DNA of 17,171 bases, taken from IMG/VR virus record IMGVR_UViG_3300045988_066371. One strand, 5' to 3'. This document shows positions 13,162 through 17,171 of this stretch, in pieces; position 1 is the first letter of the stretch, and the number at the start of each line of letters is the position of its first letter. The notes below the pieces were generated by a model, which did not search any database, was not told the DNA's origin, and saw only the letters and a list, made by a program, of their open reading frames with translations. The stretch is from a virus. A program made the position numbers and the translations under genes.

Positions 13162-14376
13162 ATGGTAGACGTACAGGCATGGTTGGAACGTACCCAAAAC
13201 CAATACTGGGATATGGACGGTAGGTATGGCGCACAGTGCTGGGACCTGTGGGCGAAATATTGTATGGATAATTACAATCTGTCGTTAGGCGACTGTATCA
13301 CCCCAACAGGATACGCGGGGGGTAATTACACCATGTTCCCCACCACGGCGGCGGTTGGACGTGTTTTTGAGAAAAAAGACGTCAACTATACGCCCGGCAT
13401 GGGGGATGTCGTGTTTTGGAGGTTCGGCAGTCAAAACTACCCCGGCAGTCACGTAGCCATCGTCTGGGGTGGCGTCCAAGGCGACAGTATCGACGTGTTG
13501 ACACAAAACCCGACGCCCGCCGTGCATCAAACCCTACCGCTCGCGAGGGGGTCACAACTTCTCGGTTATCTGCATCCCACGGCATTGCCGGAGCCGCCGG
13601 AATCCGGCGATAATCCGACAGGAGGAAATAATCCGGGCGTGAACGTGGATGGCAATATCTCCGCGTGGATACAATTGCAGGGCGATAATCTCGTATATCA
13701 CAGTGGTTCGGGCACGGCATCATCGCAAGCCATTTTCTATAAAGCAAGCGCCCAGACGTGGATATATCGCGGCGGCACAGGTCAGCCGGACGCCGACCAC
13801 GGTCAGGGTACGCCAAGCGTAGGCGATGGAAAAAGCTCATACGCATTCTATGTCATCGGTACCGTTGAATCATCATTGCGTTGGGATGCGGTTGAACCTA
13901 ACAATCAGGGTATCGGTATCGCACAATGGAGTTTTGGGCGCCGTTTGCAGGTGTTGAATGCGATGAGGGCGGTGGATGCTGCGGGGTATGAGGCGTTTGC
14001 CGCCGCCGCGCCGGGTGTCGCCGCGCTCATGGAATCAGGCGGCACGTTCGATAGGGCGATGACCGGTAGCGAAGTCACGGCATTCCAGACGTGGGCGCGG
14101 CGTGCGGAATCACGGCAGGGGCAGCGAAACCAGTTTGCCGAGGATTACGAGAGCTACCCGCAGATGTATGATGATGTGAAAATGCAAATACTGTGGGTGA
14201 GCGCTTATCATCAAAGCCCGGCGGGCGCGTTGAATGTGCCTCATGCTTCATCTCTTACCCAACTGTATAATAATATCCTCAATACGTCCCCGTTCGGGCC
14301 ATATGGGACACGCTATAATACCGTCTATTCGCTGCTGAACGTGTGGGATGGCACCAGCGCACCACCGAACTTTTAG
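13162..14376 (+). CDS. Tail-associated peptidoglycan hydrolase: N-terminal CHAP domain plus C-terminal gp13-type tail lysozyme domain (404 aa)
   Basis: CHAP signature: GAQCWDL (catalytic Cys) and YPGSHVAIV (His). The linker is P/G/N-rich. In the C-terminus, GTVESSLRWDAV...GIGIAQWS and ILWVSAYHQSP match recalled phi29 gp13 N-terminal lysozyme-like motifs (GNMQSESTINPGLW...GFGLVQWT; IFLASYERP). The gene occupies the gp13 position. Confidence 0.85.
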   Translation: MVDVQAWLERTQNQYWDMDGRYGAQCWDLWAKYCMDNYNLSLGDCITPTGYAGGNYTMFPTTAAVGRVFEKKDVNYTPGMGDVVFWRFGSQNYPGSHVAIVWGGVQGDSIDVLTQNPTPAVHQTLPLARGSQLLGYLHPTALPEPPESGDNPTGGNNPGVNVDGNISAWIQLQGDNLVYHSGSGTASSQAIFYKASAQTWIYRGGTGQPDADHGQGTPSVGDGKSSYAFYVIGTVESSLRWDAVEPNNQGIGIAQWSFGRRLQVLNAMRAVDAAGYEAFAAAAPGVAALMESGGTFDRAMTGSEVTAFQTWARRAESRQGQRNQFAEDYESYPQMYDDVKMQILWVSAYHQSPAGALNVPHASSLTQLYNNILNTSPFGPYGTRYNTVYSLLNVWDGTSAPPNF

Positions 14377-14382
14377 CACAAC

Positions 14383-14412
14383 GACAGACCGGCAGATATC
14401 TACCGGTCTGTC
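14383..14412. promoter_or_regulatory. 30-bp near-perfect palindrome GACAGACCGG-C-AGATATCT-A-CCGGTCTGTC (terminator-like hairpin or operator)
   Basis: The 10-bp perfect arms are 14383-14392 and 14403-14412. The centre AGATATCT is itself palindromic. It is flanked by CAAC...GTTG. The downstream tract TGTTGTAT is only weakly U-rich. Confidence 0.5.
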
Positions 14413-14428
14413 ACTGTTGTATGGTAAG

Positions 14429-15535
14429 ATGGATATTATGGAGAGATTGTTAGCGGAGGGTGATTATTACGATTATGGGCGCGTATTATCCTATCACGCG
14501 CCTTGGATGTTCGTAATCGGCGCTCGCGGCCTCGGCAAAACCTATGGTGCTAAAAAACTGGTCATCGGGGACTGGATTAGAAAACGCTGGCAGTTCATCT
14601 ATTTGCGTAGGACGGCGGAGGAGCAGAAAAACAAGGGCACGTGGTTTGCGGACATTGCGGAACAGTATCCGGAATTGGAGTTTCGCGTGTCCGGGAATCA
14701 GGCGGAATGTCATTGGCTGGATGACAGGGACGCCACCACGGACAAGCACGGCAAGACGCGCCCCACGTGGCATATCATGGGGTACTTTATCGCCCTCAGT
14801 CAGGCAGGGCAGGTTAAATCAGTCGCGTATCCCAAGGTACGAACCATTGTTTTTGATGAGATATTCCCCGATAATATGCGGTATTTGGGCGGTGAAGTAA
14901 CCGCGCTTGAGGAGTTTTATAATACGGTTGACCGTTGGAATGATAGGACTCGCGTTATCATGTGCAGTAATGCCGTGACCCTCGCCAACCCGTATTTTTC
15001 GGCATTTAACATCAATCTGAAACCACAGTTGGATAATCATACGCAATACCAGCGCTATTGCGATGGCTTTATTATGGTGGAACTGGCCGATTATGGCGGG
15101 TTCAGCGCCAAGGTGGCCACATCCAAATTCGGAACGTTCCTACGCAGGTATGATGAAAATTATGCGAATTATGCAATCAATAATGATTTCAGGGATAACG
15201 CCAATACTCTCATTAGTGATTTTAATAACGCCGGTTATGCGTTCACATTAAGGACCACCGAATACGGTATTTTCAACGTGTATCAGCAATTAAGCGACAC
15301 TGACGAAGTGTTATATATAATCACAAAAAAACAGCCGAAAATCACCCGTAATTTTACGTTCGATTACCGACTAGTCGATAATGATTGCATGATGCTCAAA
15401 CGTTCCGACGATATGACGCAGAAAATACTGAACGCCTATCGCGTCGGACGAGTACGGTTTGAAACACCTCAGATTAAAGCTGAGTTCAGTATGATTCTTG
15501 GCGGCTTGTTGCAACAGTCAGGCATAAGAAAGTGA
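14429..15535 (+). CDS. DNA encapsidation (packaging) ATPase, phi29 gp16 family (368 aa from ATG14429; ATG14438 is an alternative)
   Basis: Matches to recalled phi29 gp16: Walker A VIGARGLGKTYG versus VIGARGIGKSYA; QFIYLRR versus QFIYVRR; Walker B TIVFDEIF versus TIVFDEFI; CSNAVTLANPYFSAFNI versus LSNAVSVVNPYFLFFNL. The ORF is open from 14348, but that stretch spans the palindrome and has no SD. Confidence 0.93.
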   Translation: MDIMERLLAEGDYYDYGRVLSYHAPWMFVIGARGLGKTYGAKKLVIGDWIRKRWQFIYLRRTAEEQKNKGTWFADIAEQYPELEFRVSGNQAECHWLDDRDATTDKHGKTRPTWHIMGYFIALSQAGQVKSVAYPKVRTIVFDEIFPDNMRYLGGEVTALEEFYNTVDRWNDRTRVIMCSNAVTLANPYFSAFNINLKPQLDNHTQYQRYCDGFIMVELADYGGFSAKVATSKFGTFLRRYDENYANYAINNDFRDNANTLISDFNNAGYAFTLRTTEYGIFNVYQQLSDTDEVLYIITKKQPKITRNFTFDYRLVDNDCMMLKRSDDMTQKILNAYRVGRVRFETPQIKAEFSMILGGLLQQSGIRK

Positions 15536-15543
15536 GGAAATTC

Positions 15544-15900
15544 ATGCCAATCCACGAATTAATCGTTATCGGTATCGTATTTTTATTGGTACTGATTGAC
15601 TATATTACCGGCGTGGTCAACGCGATTATGCACGGCGAATTATCCAGCGAGAAAATGAGACAGGGACTCGGGCACAAGTTCGCGTACCTAGCGATTATTT
15701 GCGTCGCGTTAATCGTTGAATACGGTTCGGACTACATCAATCTGGGGATTGAACTACCGGTATTCATTCCGGTATGTGCGGGTATTTGTATGATTGAAAT
15801 CACGTCAATCATGGAGAATTGCGTGAAAATCAACCCAGAATTATCAAACTCAAACATTCTTGACACTTTCAGCGCCACCCCAAAACACAGGAAAGGATAG
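15544..15900 (+). CDS. Holin, Phage_holin_4_1-like (118 aa, about 3 TM segments)
   Basis: GAGGA (15534-15538) lies 5 nt before ATG15544. Family-typical motifs are LIDYITGVVNA, SSEKMRQGLGHKF and MIEITSIMENCVKI. There are three hydrophobic stretches, and the gene is directly upstream of the endolysin. Confidence 0.85.
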   Translation: MPIHELIVIGIVFLLVLIDYITGVVNAIMHGELSSEKMRQGLGHKFAYLAIICVALIVEYGSDYINLGIELPVFIPVCAGICMIEITSIMENCVKINPELSNSNILDTFSATPKHRKG

Positions 15901-15908
15901 AGAAACCT

Positions 15909-16802
15909 ATGGATAATATTATATGGGTAGGCTCCCCAAACCACTACAATGGGCGAGGCGGATACCACGTAACACACATCACCCTACACATCATGGTAGG
16001 CTATCTAACCAGCGCAGACAACTTTTTCCAGTCCCCCCAAAGCATGGCATCAGCCCACTACGGGGTAGGCGGGAACGGAGCCATTCACCAATACGTGGAC
16101 GAAAATAACGGCTCATGGTCTGACGCCAACTACGCGAGCAACAACAGCACCATCAGCATCGAACACGAAGGCGGAACGGCTGGAATCCCTTGCACGCAAG
16201 CATGTATAGATGCATCTGCCGCACTATGCGCCGACATTGCCCAACGATACGGATGGAACCACCTATGGCACGACGGGCTCAACGGTAACGTCTGGCTACA
16301 CCGCGAAGTCCCCGGGACCAACCACGCCGGGTGCCCCGACCTCGCAACGAACGGCCTCCCATACCAACAGGTCATAGACAGAGCTAACGCCATACTTAAC
16401 AGCAAAAACAGCAAAAACAACGAAAGGAATACTCCAATGGCAGAACTACTTATAGTTGATGACAGCGATAACGGTACCGTATGGTACTGGAACAACCTTA
16501 TTGGACGCCATAAACTCGGCAACACTGACCAGATGCACATCTACGAAGCGGCTGGCGTAAAAACAATTCATTCATCGAACGCCGCAAACTGGATAGCAGT
16601 ATGCGATACACAGGACATTCACGGAAGCGAGGCAGGCACTGGAATCCTCAATGATATTAAAATAACCTCAACCGCACAGTCAGCCGCAATCAAAGCACTA
16701 TCGGAATCAATGGGCGCAGACCCCGACACCATAGCAAAAATCGTACAAAACGCCGTCAAAACCAAACTGGACAGTCTCAAAATTACAGTGACAGACAAGT
16801 AG
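15909..16802 (+). CDS. Endolysin: N-acetylmuramoyl-L-alanine amidase (Amidase_2/PGRP fold) plus an uncharacterised C-terminal wall-binding domain (297 aa)
   Basis: Signatures are HITLHIMVG...SAHYGVGGNGAIHQYVDENNGSW...NNSTISIEHEG and HREVPGTNHAGCPD (Zn ligands). An N/S/K-rich linker is followed by a domain of about 120 aa with no family I recognise. Confidence 0.9.
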   Translation: MDNIIWVGSPNHYNGRGGYHVTHITLHIMVGYLTSADNFFQSPQSMASAHYGVGGNGAIHQYVDENNGSWSDANYASNNSTISIEHEGGTAGIPCTQACIDASAALCADIAQRYGWNHLWHDGLNGNVWLHREVPGTNHAGCPDLATNGLPYQQVIDRANAILNSKNSKNNERNTPMAELLIVDDSDNGTVWYWNNLIGRHKLGNTDQMHIYEAAGVKTIHSSNAANWIAVCDTQDIHGSEAGTGILNDIKITSTAQSAAIKALSESMGADPDTIAKIVQNAVKTKLDSLKITVTDK

Positions 16803-16812
16803 TGACGGCAAT

Positions 16813-16839
16813 ATAAGCCCCGCATATCGCGGGGCTTAT
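16813..16839. terminator. Bidirectional terminator hairpin between the endolysin and the inward-facing right ITR gene
   Basis: ATAAGCCCCGC (16813-16823) pairs perfectly with GCGGGGCTTAT (16829-16839). It is T-rich downstream on the plus strand (TTCATT) and on the minus strand (ATATTGCC). Confidence 0.75.
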
Positions 16840-16864
16840 TCATTACGAGACAGTCACGCGTTGC

Positions 16865-17050
16865 TCACTCGGCTACACGATTCATAAAAACCACAGTCTC
16901 AAAACAATAACGATAAAACTCAACACCCTTACGCTCATACATAACAACAAGACAATCCACAACGGCATCAACATCATAATCCACAACACGCTCGCCACTG
17001 TTGCGAATATAATCAATAACCTCATTCTTAATGTCTTGACGATACATCAT
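16865..17050 (-). CDS. ITR-encoded small hypothetical protein, right copy (identical to 122..307)
   Basis: Exact inverted duplicate of the left copy. It is the only minus-strand gene called and is convergent with the endolysin. Confidence 0.6.
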   Translation of the reverse strand: MMYRQDIKNEVIDYIRNSGERVVDYDVDAVVDCLVVMYERKGVEFYRYCFETVVFMNRVAE

Positions 17051-17091
17051 CTCAACCACCATCCTTTCCGTATTCCTTGGTTGATAGTTAT

Positions 17092-17100
17092 ATAATACCA
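17092..17100 (-). promoter_or_regulatory. Right-ITR copy of the TGGTATTAT extended -10, reading inward
   Basis: Mirror image of 72-80. Confidence 0.45.
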
Positions 17101-17171
17101 CACCACAAAAACACGACACGCCGAACAACACAAAAACAGAGAAAAAACTACGCGCTTAAATTATAGACAAA

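Larger units (their letters stand above)
16861..17171. repeat. Right inverted terminal repeat (311 bp, perfect)
   Basis: Exact reverse complement of 1-311. The ORF track gives identical 88-aa translations for 41..307(+) and 16865..17131(-). Confidence 0.97.

Noticed and set aside
1-17171. Searched for a lysogeny module, tRNAs, CRISPR repeats, homing endonucleases/introns and programmed frameshift sites
   Set aside because: I recognised no integrase, repressor, recombinase or HNH/LAGLIDADG signatures in any frame. There are no cloverleaf candidates, no regularly spaced direct repeats and no slippery-heptamer/overlap arrangement in the tail genes. The genome looks strictly lytic and fully accounted for by the features listed.

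Overview
This 17,171-nt window appears to be a complete linear genome of a small phi29-like (protein-primed) podophage, not a chromosomal fragment. It is bounded by perfect 311-bp inverted terminal repeats (1-311 is the exact reverse complement of 16861-17171), and both 5' ends read TTTG. It encodes a phi29-type family-B DNA polymerase with a candidate terminal protein directly upstream. I call 20 plus-strand CDSs and 1 minus-strand CDS, the latter being the right-ITR copy of a small ITR-borne gene. Layout: (1) 1-4.68 kb is the early/replication module: ITR gene, three ORFans, two small proteins in the phi29 p6/p5 positions, terminal protein and PolB. (2) 4.69-4.86 kb is a GC-rich structured non-coding unit with its own consensus extended -10 and a terminator hairpin, a candidate pRNA-like RNA. 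(3) 4.87-16.8 kb is the late module in phi29-like order: acidic scaffold, gp8-type major capsid with Ig-like C-terminus, gp9-type tail knob, gp10-type portal, small ORF, gp11-type lower collar, two appendage/fibre proteins, CHAP plus gp13-type-lysozyme tail lysin, gp16-type packaging ATPase, holin and Amidase_2 endolysin. I saw no tRNA, rRNA, CRISPR array, integrase or transposase. The points most worth a second look are: apparently degenerate 3'-5' exonuclease motifs in the PolB; the self-contained structured RNA unit downstream of PolB; two SD-less genes with an extended -10 exactly 6 nt upstream of the ATG (leaderless geometry); an ITR-encoded gene present at both ends; an end-to-end strand-composition gradient; and an internal translation start in the endolysin. 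All homology statements come from by-eye comparison with phi29 protein sequences recalled from memory; no search was run. From memory, the size and layout resemble Actinomyces phage Av-1, but I cannot verify that here.
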